Part shown: piece after piece, positions 15,711 to 24,091 of the stretch
How positions within the stretch are numbered: the stretch's first letter is position 1
How the letters are laid out: each line of letters begins with the position of its first letter
Origin: a virus
Virus record (IMG/VR): IMGVR_UViG_3300049027_000059
Location: 1 to 64,000 of that record
Reading direction: 5' to 3' (one strand)
Length of the DNA: 64,000 nt
Notes under the pieces: generated by a model
Database searches by the model: none
Told to the model about the DNA's origin: nothing
The model's input: only the letters and a program-made list of their open reading frames with translations
Program-made: the position numbers and the translations under genes

Positions 15711-15965
15711 ATGGATAAACTAACTAAAAGACAACTGGAAATTATTCGCAAGATGTATGAAGGATGGGAAATGTTTGTGAGTAAAAGTGATTCTACTGGC
15801 TCAATTTATTACGGCATATCTAAAGACTATGACAATGATTATTTCCGCGGGGGTGTGTTCTCTGCATTAACTACGGGTGGTTGGATATATCAGGGTTCGA
15901 ATCATTATTATGAGCTTACGACCCAAGCCGAAGAATACATTGAAAGTTTAGAAAGCAAGCCATGA
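15711..15965 (+). CDS. hypothetical protein
   Basis: ATG chosen by its position after the module. The track start at 15687 is a GTG inside the module. Confidence 0.6.
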   Translation: MDKLTKRQLEIIRKMYEGWEMFVSKSDSTGSIYYGISKDYDNDYFRGGVFSALTTGGWIYQGSNHYYELTTQAEEYIESLESKP

Positions 15966-16462
15966 CAGAAGCCGTAAAAGAAATCCTAGTCAGGTACTCT
16001 CCAATGGAGAACACCTACGAGAACTGCGAGGCGATGAAAGCCGAACTTGAGCAGCACGGGTATACGCTTTCGTATGATCTGGATGCCCAGGTATTCAATG
16101 TGCGGAAGATCAGGTCAAAGGTAGTTGCAGTAGCAGGTATGGTGGTTACCGAACGCTTAGTACGTACGGCATCGCAGACACCTGTTATTGTGGTAGAGCA
16201 TGATGTCGATATGATCACCCTCGCAGGTAAGCAATATGTGAGGGTAGAAACTCCCCCTTCTCCGTCCCGCCGAGCACTTACCATACCACTAATGGCTATG
16301 GCCTTGATGTACGGCACCGGTTCGAGAGTTTCTGCTGCGCCTGACGTGCACATCGAATCAGAGTTCGAACTGATCCAACAGAAGAAATCCAAGCTAAGCC
16401 GGTCCCAGCGCGACTGGGTGGTGCAGCAGTTTTTTAAAAAATATAGAGAGTATATCGTATGA
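15962..16462 (+). CDS. hypothetical protein
   Basis: 166-aa ORF with 4-nt overlaps on both sides. Confidence 0.65.
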   Translation: MTEAVKEILVRYSPMENTYENCEAMKAELEQHGYTLSYDLDAQVFNVRKIRSKVVAVAGMVVTERLVRTASQTPVIVVEHDVDMITLAGKQYVRVETPPSPSRRALTIPLMAMALMYGTGSRVSAAPDVHIESEFELIQQKKSKLSRSQRDWVVQQFFKKYREYIV

Positions 16463-16962
16463 AAACACTAATCTTCATCCTATTAACAGTCTCCGCCCAA
16501 GCGCAAACCTTTACCCAAACGATAGCTGCCGGGTACACCTCAGCCAGTGCAGATGCCGCTTATTTCATCGGCCTGAAAATATCCGATACTGAGAGGCTAC
16601 AGCTGGGGCTCGGATATCGCAGAGTCCTTCAGGATCGTGCGTACTTAGGCCATAACCCTAACTACACTGCTGTTAAATTACTGGGTGCCCGGGATCGCTT
16701 GTTCGGACCGATCGGCTTCCAGCTCACTGCTGAACTAAGGTCCGGCGAGTACCTGCTGTTGGATAAAACTACGATGAACTTCCGTAAGCCTATGAAGGAA
16801 GTGCGATTGAATGGCAACCTGGGCGTCACGTATGCAACCGGACCGCTTGTGACTGCGCTGTGCTTCTACCCACAGGAATATAACCCGAGGAAATATCTGC
16901 AAGACAAGGTGTCCGAAGTAGACGTACCAGCCGTGGGGATTAATGTTGCATTTAATTTTTAA
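16459..16962 (+). CDS. putative small outer-membrane beta-barrel protein
   Basis: Signal peptide MKTLIFILLTVSAQAQ, alternating beta-strand-like pattern, and C-terminal ...GINVAFNF ending in Phe as in OMP beta-signals. Confidence 0.5.
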   Translation: MKTLIFILLTVSAQAQTFTQTIAAGYTSASADAAYFIGLKISDTERLQLGLGYRRVLQDRAYLGHNPNYTAVKLLGARDRLFGPIGFQLTAELRSGEYLLLDKTTMNFRKPMKEVRLNGNLGVTYATGPLVTALCFYPQEYNPRKYLQDKVSEVDVPAVGINVAFNF

Positions 16963-16969
16963 CCAAATA

Positions 16970-17173
16970 ATGAGCAAAACATACGCATTCACAGAACTCA
17001 AGCAGTCCGCTCAGGAGTGGGCTTTGGAGCAAGTTAACCACAAGCACCCGGTACAGTCACGCAAGTCTACGCTGGACGTCCTAGTCGCCCTGTACGAGTA
17101 CAACAAAGCAGGCGACATCGTGGATTTTACCGGCGAGGGGCAAGACCCTGAGTATTACGATGAAATGTTATGA
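16970..17173 (+). CDS. hypothetical small protein
   Basis: Internal ATG of the track ORF (MSKTYAFTELKQ...). Confidence 0.5.
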   Translation: MSKTYAFTELKQSAQEWALEQVNHKHPVQSRKSTLDVLVALYEYNKAGDIVDFTGEGQDPEYYDEML

Positions 17174-17322
17174 ATACATGGCACGCAATTATGAGCTTCG
17201 CTCTAGGAGTAGCTCTTAATAAAGTTTCTAAGCGCATACCGTTCCGAAACGATTGGCATCGTGTATATTTTATATTGCTAGTAATTACGCTTTGGGCTGT
17301 AATCGGCCAATCAATAAGATAA
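17170..17322 (+). CDS. hypothetical 50-aa membrane protein
   Basis: ATGA overlap. Two hydrophobic stretches (AIMSFALGVAL, VYFILLVITLWAVIG). Confidence 0.4.
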   Translation: MNTWHAIMSFALGVALNKVSKRIPFRNDWHRVYFILLVITLWAVIGQSIR

Positions 17323-17382
17323 TGGCGTGTTCGTTCTTTATGCACGGATTTGTTTGGAAACCTGCCGCGCCAGCAGGCATTC

Positions 17383-17416
17383 GGGAGGTGCTAGTTGCCT
17401 CCCTTAATTTAAAATT
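17383..17416 (+). terminator. candidate terminator
   Basis: GGGAGG-tgctagttg-CCTCCC hairpin followed by the T-rich TTAATTTAAAATTTTT. Confidence 0.45.
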
Positions 17417-17422
17417 TTTAAC

Positions 17423-17755
17423 ATGATACACTGGTTACTCGCCCACTTTATTGGAGACTATCTCTTGCAAAACGACTGGATGGCCATCGGCAAGAAGAAA
17501 AGCAATTTCATCTGCACCGTTCATGTCTCGCTGTACATTTTGCCGTTCTTCTTTACCGGCCTGAGCCCGCTTCAGATTATACTGATCTACGCACAGCACT
17601 GGATACAAGACAGAACCGGCTTCATCGCCTGGTGGTGCCGGATGATGGGCAGCTTCCAACTAGAACTAAAGACGCCAGCGCTGCCTTGGGGTCACTTTAT
17701 TGTCGATAATATATTTCATGTAATATGGATAGTAATCGTAATCAACCTACTGTAG
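17423..17755 (+). CDS. DUF3307-like membrane protein
   Basis: MIHWLLAHFIGDYLLQNDWMA..KK matches the DUF3307 start. Several TM segments. Confidence 0.65.
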   Translation: MIHWLLAHFIGDYLLQNDWMAIGKKKSNFICTVHVSLYILPFFFTGLSPLQIILIYAQHWIQDRTGFIAWWCRMMGSFQLELKTPALPWGHFIVDNIFHVIWIVIVINLL

Positions 17756-17889
17756 CGATAGGTATTCAGAGTACCTACGTACCTCCCGGCTGGAAGCCTA
17801 AGCCCACCGACAAAGACCTCAACAAGTGGTATCGGTATATCGATGTTAAACTTGGTAACTATCAACCCCGTAAAGTAAAAAGCGCATGA
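17725..17889 (+). CDS. possible small protein (54 aa)
   Basis: Fills the gap to 17886 with an ATGA overlap. Overlaps the previous gene end by 31 nt. Weak. Confidence 0.35.
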   Translation: MDSNRNQPTVAIGIQSTYVPPGWKPKPTDKDLNKWYRYIDVKLGNYQPRKVKSA

Positions 17890-19121
17890 AAGTAAAACGC
17901 ATTAAAGTACAGAACGTAAAAGCCATCAAGGAACAGGAACTGAACCTGAATGGTGCCACCGCTATCTTAATGGGTGGTAACAACAAAGGCAAGTCTACGC
18001 TGCTCAGATCACTCAAGGATCGCCTGCTGAAAATGAAGGCTGACCAGCTCGTTCGTCAAGGCGAGACCGATGGCCTGTATGTCATGGAGTTCACCACCGG
18101 CGACCGCATTGAGTGGGAGCTCAGCACCAAAACCAAATCCGGCGAGAAGCTGACCCTGATCAGCGCGGACGGTAGCAAGACCTCCGCCATTACCGAGATC
18201 ATCAACTGGTTTGCGCCGAGTAACTTTGACATCGATAAGTTTCTGAACGAGACACCTGCTGCGCAGCGTAAAACTCTGGAAAAACTGCTCGGCCTGGACT
18301 TCACTAAACTGGATGAGAAGTACGCCGTAGCTGTGGAAGAACGCAAGGATGCCAAGCGCGATGTGGAACGGATTGAGATTATGTATAAGGGCAAGTTTGT
18401 TGATGAAAATCTGCCTACCGAGCCTGAGCCTACCGAAGAGTTACAGAAGGAATTGATTGGCGTGGAGACGCACAATAAAGCGTATTCACTACTTCAGCAT
18501 CAGGAGAATGAATTGATAAAAAGGAGGACAGAAATTGAAAATCAGATTGCCGAACTGCAATCGCGAATTAACACGGTTGAGTTTAACCTGTCCGAATTGG
18601 ATCAGAAGTTATCTGATCCTGCTTTGCAACCTAAAAACCCCGAATACGTTGCCGAGTTGCAAAACAAACTCTCCGTTGCTACAGATCAGAACAGAAAAAT
18701 TATCGAAAATAACAATTTTCGTATCTCTCTAAGCAGCCTTACCTCGCTCAAAGACATCGCGCACGAGAAAGAAATGGCCGTGAAGGACATTCTGGAAAAG
18801 AAAGATAAAATGATCCGTAGTGCAAATATGCCCGAAGGCTTTGGATTCTCTGAAGATGGAATCACGTACAACGGGCTTCCGCTTACGCGTGAGCAACTTT
18901 CATCCTCTGCGATATACATTGCAGCCCTCAAGCTCGCTTCTATCAACGTAGGCAACGTGAGGATGCTTCATTTCGATGCCAGCTTCCTGGACAAGAACTC
19001 ACTGGACGAGGTGCGCAAGTGGGCTGAGAAGGAAGACCTTCAGCTCCTAATTGAACGGCCTGACTTCGAGGCTGGTGAGATCAGGTATGAGATTATTGAG
19101 GACGAATGGTTGAACTCGTGA
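17886..19121 (+). CDS. SMC/Rad50/RecN-like AAA ATPase
   Basis: N-terminal IKVQNVKAI...ILMGGNNKGKSTLL (Walker A), central coiled coil, and C-terminal MLHFDASFLD (Walker B-like). Confidence 0.7.
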   Translation: MKVKRIKVQNVKAIKEQELNLNGATAILMGGNNKGKSTLLRSLKDRLLKMKADQLVRQGETDGLYVMEFTTGDRIEWELSTKTKSGEKLTLISADGSKTSAITEIINWFAPSNFDIDKFLNETPAAQRKTLEKLLGLDFTKLDEKYAVAVEERKDAKRDVERIEIMYKGKFVDENLPTEPEPTEELQKELIGVETHNKAYSLLQHQENELIKRRTEIENQIAELQSRINTVEFNLSELDQKLSDPALQPKNPEYVAELQNKLSVATDQNRKIIENNNFRISLSSLTSLKDIAHEKEMAVKDILEKKDKMIRSANMPEGFGFSEDGITYNGLPLTREQLSSSAIYIAALKLASINVGNVRMLHFDASFLDKNSLDEVRKWAEKEDLQLLIERPDFEAGEIRYEIIEDEWLNS

Positions 19122-19597
19122 AAATCCAAATCTTCACCGATGCTTCTCTGAGCACGCAGACTCATAACGCTGGATTTGCGTTCTGGACAAGCTGCTATCA
19201 GTTTGAGATACAGCAGGCGGGGTATTGCGGTACGTTCAAAAGTATTGCGCCAGCAGAACTTCACTGCATCGATCTGGCTGTACAGGACTTATTAGCACGT
19301 GACATCATTCCGGTGGAATCGATCGTAGTGAGTACTGATAGCACGGAGGCCATCCATAAGATTACCAATGCCAAGCATCCTGCTTTCTACAACATGATTG
19401 AGTTTACGATAAAGAACGGTATGCGACCACATCAGGTGTTCAATTTGTTCAGCATGAAACATATACAGGCGCATACCCGGTATAGCGGCAGTACCTTCCA
19501 CAAGAACAGATGGTGTGACCTGATGGCCAAACATTACCGGGAAAGTAAAACTTCGTTTAGGGCTACTATTTTTGATAATTCAGACATATTGTTATGA
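19106..19597 (+). CDS. RNase H-like protein
   Basis: IQIFTDAS (D), AELHCIDLA (E), VVSTDS (D), H..N.WCDLMAK. This is the order of the type-1 RNase H catalytic residues. Confidence 0.6.
   Translation: MVELVKIQIFTDASLSTQTHNAGFAFWTSCYQFEIQQAGYCGTFKSIAPAELHCIDLAVQDLLARDIIPVESIVVSTDSTEAIHKITNAKHPAFYNMIEFTIKNGMRPHQVFNLFSMKHIQAHTRYSGSTFHKNRWCDLMAKHYRESKTSFRATIFDNSDILL
19562..19597 (+). repeat. 36-bp direct repeat, copy 1 (end of the RNase H-like gene plus the next ATG)
   Basis: GCTACTATTTTTGATAATTCAGACATATTGTTATGA; 34 of 36 positions identical to 21307-21342. Confidence 0.9.
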
Positions 19598-19746
19598 CAA
19601 AGGAACTAACTCATAAATGCGATTTGTGCAACAAAGAGTTCACTCACAAACCGCTCCCCGTAGTGGATGAAAATTTTAAAGTGCAAAGAGGCGTAATCTC
19701 ATGCGGATGCCACATTTATACAGAAGAAGATGACACAACCACTTAA
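19594..19746 (+). CDS. small Cys-rich protein (50 aa)
   Basis: MTKELTHKCDLCNKEF...ISCGCH. ATGA overlap with the upstream stop. Confidence 0.45.
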   Translation: MTKELTHKCDLCNKEFTHKPLPVVDENFKVQRGVISCGCHIYTEEDDTTT

Positions 19747-20068
19747 AGACAGATGTCCAGCTTGCGGCATGGCCTACGGAAGACGAACTTCGTGCAGGCA
19801 TTTATTTCACGTAACTGGTCCTACCTTAAAAGCGCCAGTCGGATCAGACATTGATTTATTTACGCAGCCCTCAAAGCCATCTTACTTCTACCGGTTTATA
19901 TCGGCGGGAAAGGTAATAGGTATAACCGGCGCATTTTTTCATGCAGATAACGGTTCGATAATCGCCTACGAAGATCGGCGGTATAAAGTGCTAGGCAGTC
20001 ATACTAGGGATGACCGAACCATCATCATTGACTGTGATCAAATAGATATTCCTTTATCACAAAAATAA
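19730..20068 (+). CDS. hypothetical protein with N-terminal zinc-finger-like CxxC
   Basis: 112-aa ORF with RCPACGMAYGRRTSCRH. Confidence 0.6.
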   Translation: MTQPLKDRCPACGMAYGRRTSCRHLFHVTGPTLKAPVGSDIDLFTQPSKPSYFYRFISAGKVIGITGAFFHADNGSIIAYEDRRYKVLGSHTRDDRTIIIDCDQIDIPLSQK

Positions 20069-20069
20069 A

Positions 20070-21227
20070 ATGGCAAAAGAAAAATTTATTGACAGAACGT
20101 TTGAAGGCACTATTAATGTGGCCTGTAAATACGAAGATGGTACCGTTAGGTATTGGAATGAAGATAAGCGCGAAACGATAGACCGGATCATCAAGATTGT
20201 AGAACTCTTCTCCCGCAAGGGCTACACCCTAACCTTACGTCAGCTGCACTATCAGCTTGTGACACGCAACTGGATTGTCAATCATAATTCCGCGTACCAA
20301 AAGCTCAGCGGACTGTTGGACGATTGCAGGTACGGCGGCCTCATTGATTGGAATGCGATTGAAGATCGTGGTCGTGTCCCCTACCTGCCTTATTGGGTTA
20401 ACGATGTGGAACACGCTCTGCAGGATAGCCTGGATCAGTACCGGGTAGATCGTCAGAAGGATCAACCTAACCACGTGGAACTGTGGACCGAGAAAGACGC
20501 CCTGTCGGGCATTTTACGCAGGTCTACAGAGAAGTATCACATACAGTTGGTGGTGAACAAAGGCTACACCTCTTCTTCGGCCATATACCGGGCATACCAA
20601 CGTATTTTGAACCGTATTTGGGAAGGGCAGAAAGTCACTATCCTGTACTTCGGTGACCACGATCCTTCCGGCCTGGACATGGTGCGGGATATTCGCGAAC
20701 GGCTACTGTTCTTTTTGAGCAGAGGCGATGGGTTGCGCAAGCGCCGTACAGCTAACCGTGACAGTATTTTAGACGTTGCTATAGAATGGGGGAAAGAAAA
20801 TCTTCCTAGCCTTGCGAAACTAGTCGAGTTTTACGATATGCCGTTAAGAGTATACAATAAACTCGGTAAAGAAGGAAGCGAACTTACTCCGACTGAAAGA
20901 AAAGAATTTTCTTCCGCTGTTCTGCGCGCTTACATCGATCACGAGAAACTACTCGATATTAAGGCAATCGGTTTGACTATGGAACAAATCAACACGTACG
21001 ATTTACCGCCTAACCCGACAAAGATGACCGATAGCCGGGCCGAGGGCTATATCCAGAAGTTCGGCAAGATTTGTTGGGAGGTGGACGCGCTTGATCCGGA
21101 ACAGCTCACCGATATCGTTGAGACGAACATCGAAGAAATTCTGGATATGGACTTGTTTGATGAGAATTTGCAACGCGAGGAAGATGACAAGGGTAGATTG
21201 CAGGAAATTATAGATGGCTTAGAATAA
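20070..21227 (+). CDS. Spo11/Topo VI subunit A-like protein (winged-helix Tyr + Toprim; Mini-A-like)
   Basis: 385 aa. LTLRQLHYQLV (5Y-CAP-like Tyr), VELWTEKDAL (Toprim Glu) and ILYFGDHDPSGLDM (Toprim DxD). Confidence 0.5.
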   Translation: MAKEKFIDRTFEGTINVACKYEDGTVRYWNEDKRETIDRIIKIVELFSRKGYTLTLRQLHYQLVTRNWIVNHNSAYQKLSGLLDDCRYGGLIDWNAIEDRGRVPYLPYWVNDVEHALQDSLDQYRVDRQKDQPNHVELWTEKDALSGILRRSTEKYHIQLVVNKGYTSSSAIYRAYQRILNRIWEGQKVTILYFGDHDPSGLDMVRDIRERLLFFLSRGDGLRKRRTANRDSILDVAIEWGKENLPSLAKLVEFYDMPLRVYNKLGKEGSELTPTERKEFSSAVLRAYIDHEKLLDIKAIGLTMEQINTYDLPPNPTKMTDSRAEGYIQKFGKICWEVDALDPEQLTDIVETNIEEILDMDLFDENLQREEDDKGRLQEIIDGLE

Positions 21228-21306
21228 TGCAGATCATATACACACCGCCTAAACGTCCTCTCGGCATGAGTCTGCGAAACAAGGTGCTTGATCCAGAAAA
21301 GATAAC

Positions 21307-21342
21307 GCTACTATTTTTGATAATTCAGATATACTGTTATGA
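21307..21342 (+). repeat. 36-bp direct repeat, copy 2
   Basis: GCTACTATTTTTGATAATTCAGATATACTGTTATGA. It still encodes ATIFDNSDILL-stop, but only 16 codons are open upstream. Confidence 0.9.
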
Positions 21343-21497
21343 GAGAAGAATCAGCAGAAATACAATTTCTAAGAAAACAAGCAAAGCAGCTCAGTAAAGC
21401 TACAGGAGAAAAACATACAAAATGTCTGCATGAAATTGCAAGAACCAAAGGCTATAAGTCGTGGGAACGGTTACTAGAAGCTAAAAAAGATGAGTGA
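21339..21497 (+). CDS. hypothetical small protein (52 aa)
   Basis: The ATG is supplied by repeat copy 2. MREESAEIQFLRKQAKQLSKATGEKH... Confidence 0.4.
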   Translation: MREESAEIQFLRKQAKQLSKATGEKHTKCLHEIARTKGYKSWERLLEAKKDE

Positions 21498-22080
21498 GAA
21501 ACTGCTAATTTTTGACGTAGAAACGACCGGCACGCTGTACTACAGGCACTGCATACATCAGCTGTCGGGCATGATCGTGATAGACGGAGGGATTACCGAG
21601 TATTTTAACCTGCATATTCGCCCTCACGAGAAGGCTATCGTGGACGAGGAAGCACTTAAACACTCCGGCGTAACCAAAGACATAATCGAGCAATATCCGC
21701 ACCGTACAGAGCAATTTAAAGCGTTTATGTCGATACTTGCCCGACACATTAATCCTTACGATCCTGAAGATAAGTTCTTCTTGCTGGGCTTCAACAATTC
21801 ATGGTTCGACAACGAATTCCTGCGGAATTATTTTGTCCTGGAAGGCGATGAGTCTTTCGGATGCTGGTTCTGGCAGAACACTATTGATGTGATGGTGCTG
21901 GCATCTTACTATTTGATGCCTGACCGTCACAGGATGCCTAGTTTTAAACTTAAACGCGTAGCTTTATATCTCGGCATTCCGGTAGATGAAAGTAAACTGC
22001 ACGACGCCCGGTACGATCTTGATCTCACCTATCAGGTGTATTTGAAAGTGAAAGGAAAAACTATTGATGACTGGGATTAA
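21490..22080 (+). CDS. DnaQ-like 3'-5' exonuclease (DEDDh)
   Basis: LLIFDVETTG (ExoI), GFNNSWFDNEFL (ExoII), HDARYDLDLT (ExoIII). Confidence 0.8.
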   Translation: MSEKLLIFDVETTGTLYYRHCIHQLSGMIVIDGGITEYFNLHIRPHEKAIVDEEALKHSGVTKDIIEQYPHRTEQFKAFMSILARHINPYDPEDKFFLLGFNNSWFDNEFLRNYFVLEGDESFGCWFWQNTIDVMVLASYYLMPDRHRMPSFKLKRVALYLGIPVDESKLHDARYDLDLTYQVYLKVKGKTIDDWD

Positions 22081-22164
22081 ATACGAATATTGGTCAGCTT
22101 TAGCCCATCGGTGGTTACCCGTTCGTAATCCCGCCAAGGCTCATACTTTTAAAATTGTGAGAAT

Positions 22165-22548
22165 ATGTTTGGCCGCACATGGATAAGGTATTTAGACACC
22201 AACTACGAGGTAAATCAGCTCGGAGAGGTGAGGCATATCCGTACCAAAAGAGAAGTCGCTCCGCAGCCCCATTACAAACGCGAGCTGCGAGTTAGAATTG
22301 GTAAAAAGAATGTGCGCGTACACATCATGGTCTGCACATGCTTTAAGAAGAAACTCCTAGGATGCCCTCTGGTCGATCATTTGGACGGAGATAAACAGAA
22401 TAATCACGTGAATAACCTCAACTGGGTATCGCACGCAGAGAATACACGCCGTGCTGTGAAAATGGGTTTCATTAATATGGATCGTGTTCGTAGCTTTAGA
22501 AAAACAAACCCCAATACCTATGGAAAAAATAACCCCCCAGCAACTTGA
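22165..22548 (+). CDS. HNH homing endonuclease
   Basis: NUMOD4-like YEVNQLGEVRH, and HNH core VDHLDGDKQNNHVNNLNWVSHAENT. Confidence 0.8.
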   Translation: MFGRTWIRYLDTNYEVNQLGEVRHIRTKREVAPQPHYKRELRVRIGKKNVRVHIMVCTCFKKKLLGCPLVDHLDGDKQNNHVNNLNWVSHAENTRRAVKMGFINMDRVRSFRKTNPNTYGKNNPPAT

Positions 22549-24079
22549 GCAGCTGGCATCGCTGCTTCGGTTATTCTTAAACATTGAATCCCCTCTTCCG
22601 GAGAAACCCGCAATACCTGAGCGACCACTTCGCAACATGTTCGGCATTAACGTCCATGAATGGAACTTCTTGCAAGACCCTAACAAGGTGGACGACGGTT
22701 CGAAAATATTTGAGCCCAAGACACGGCTCATCGAATGGTTTGAAAACATCCGGCAGTACCTGGACTGGGAACAGTTAGAAGACTCTCCCAACGTGTATAC
22801 GTTCAATCCGGCCCGGCGTGGCGGCTGGAATTACGACGTGATATACGAACGTTTGAAAAAAGACGATAAGCTATTCATGACTTGTATTAAAGAAGCACCT
22901 AATTGGATGTTTAAAACATATCCTGCAGGACAGCGTGACACTAACGCAATACCGGTTATGTACGGCTCTGATCCTAACAAACCCGGCTCATACATACAGT
23001 ATGCACAAGTTGGCTTTCAGTATGCCGCCCGCTACGGTAAGAATAAAGACATCGATCCTAAACTTCTTCTGATCAACACTAAACCACGTTGGACAGCTGA
23101 TCCCGTTAATGAGATTAAGATTGGCCTAGGCTATGCGGATTATGTAGAATGCGATAACGAGCGGGACAAAAACTGGTCACGGCCAGAGGCCAGATCGACG
23201 CCGCAAATGTTTGCTGCGCAGATGTCCGCATTTTATGACGGCCATAAAGGCACGATGGGACCCCGGGCAGGAGTTAAGACCGCTGATCCTTCTATGAAGG
23301 TAGTTATGGGCGGTCTGGCGCATCCTAACGTGCAATACGTACGTGATATGATTGCCTGGTGTAAGGAAAACCGGGGCTTACGCCCGGATGGTTCTATCGA
23401 TCTATGCTTTGATGTGATCAATTACCACCAGTACGCCAATAACTCAGCCGATTCTGGCCAGTGGGGTAACGCTACCCGAGGAAAAGCGCCTGAACTGACA
23501 CCGCTTGTACAAACGGCCAAGAATTTCGTAGCGTTAGGTAAAGAATATACGCTGCCTGTATGGGTATCGGAGACCGGCTATGACGTGCTTAAAACCCCTC
23601 AGTCGGCCAACCCTATAGGCGATAAATCCGCCCTTGAGGTACAAGCCGATTGGCTGTTACGTACTTCACTCATGTATGCCCGTTTAGGCATTGACCGGGT
23701 TTTCTTTTATCAGTTTGTGGATGATAATCCCGGATCGGGCGTACAGTACAGTTCATCCGGAATGGCTACGTCTAATAAGGAAGGAACAGCGCCCAGGCCA
23801 TCGTTACGGTTTGTGAAGCAGGTTACTGACATTATCGGCGATTATAGCTTTAACAAGACCATAAATGAAAGTCCTCGGGTGGATGAATATATCCTGGGTG
23901 ATAAGAAAGCCTACGTGCTATACATGGAGACGGAAAACAATTCCAAGGCGAATTATACTTTACCATCAGCAGGTACTTTGTATACCCTGCAACCCAATTC
24001 CGATACCCCGCAGATCACGCATATTGAGAAATCGTATAATGTCTCAGTAACGGAGCGGCCAGTAATAGTCACATTTTAA
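22520..24079 (+). CDS. clan GH-A (TIM-barrel) glycoside hydrolase-like protein
   Basis: YVECDNERD (NE acid/base-like), LPVWVSETGYD (nucleophile-like SETG) and NYHQY. Start set at the ATG at 22520, inside the HNH 3' end. Confidence 0.55.
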   Translation: MEKITPQQLEQLASLLRLFLNIESPLPEKPAIPERPLRNMFGINVHEWNFLQDPNKVDDGSKIFEPKTRLIEWFENIRQYLDWEQLEDSPNVYTFNPARRGGWNYDVIYERLKKDDKLFMTCIKEAPNWMFKTYPAGQRDTNAIPVMYGSDPNKPGSYIQYAQVGFQYAARYGKNKDIDPKLLLINTKPRWTADPVNEIKIGLGYADYVECDNERDKNWSRPEARSTPQMFAAQMSAFYDGHKGTMGPRAGVKTADPSMKVVMGGLAHPNVQYVRDMIAWCKENRGLRPDGSIDLCFDVINYHQYANNSADSGQWGNATRGKAPELTPLVQTAKNFVALGKEYTLPVWVSETGYDVLKTPQSANPIGDKSALEVQADWLLRTSLMYARLGIDRVFFYQFVDDNPGSGVQYSSSGMATSNKEGTAPRPSLRFVKQVTDIIGDYSFNKTINESPRVDEYILGDKKAYVLYMETENNSKANYTLPSAGTLYTLQPNSDTPQITHIEKSYNVSVTERPVIVTF

Positions 24080-24091
24080 ACCCTATAATAT

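Noticed and set aside
22484-22519. Upstream start of the glycoside-hydrolase-like ORF at 22484
   Set aside because: It would overlap the HNH gene by 65 nt and adds a non-conserved-looking peptide. The ATG at 22520 is preferred, though the true start could be even later.
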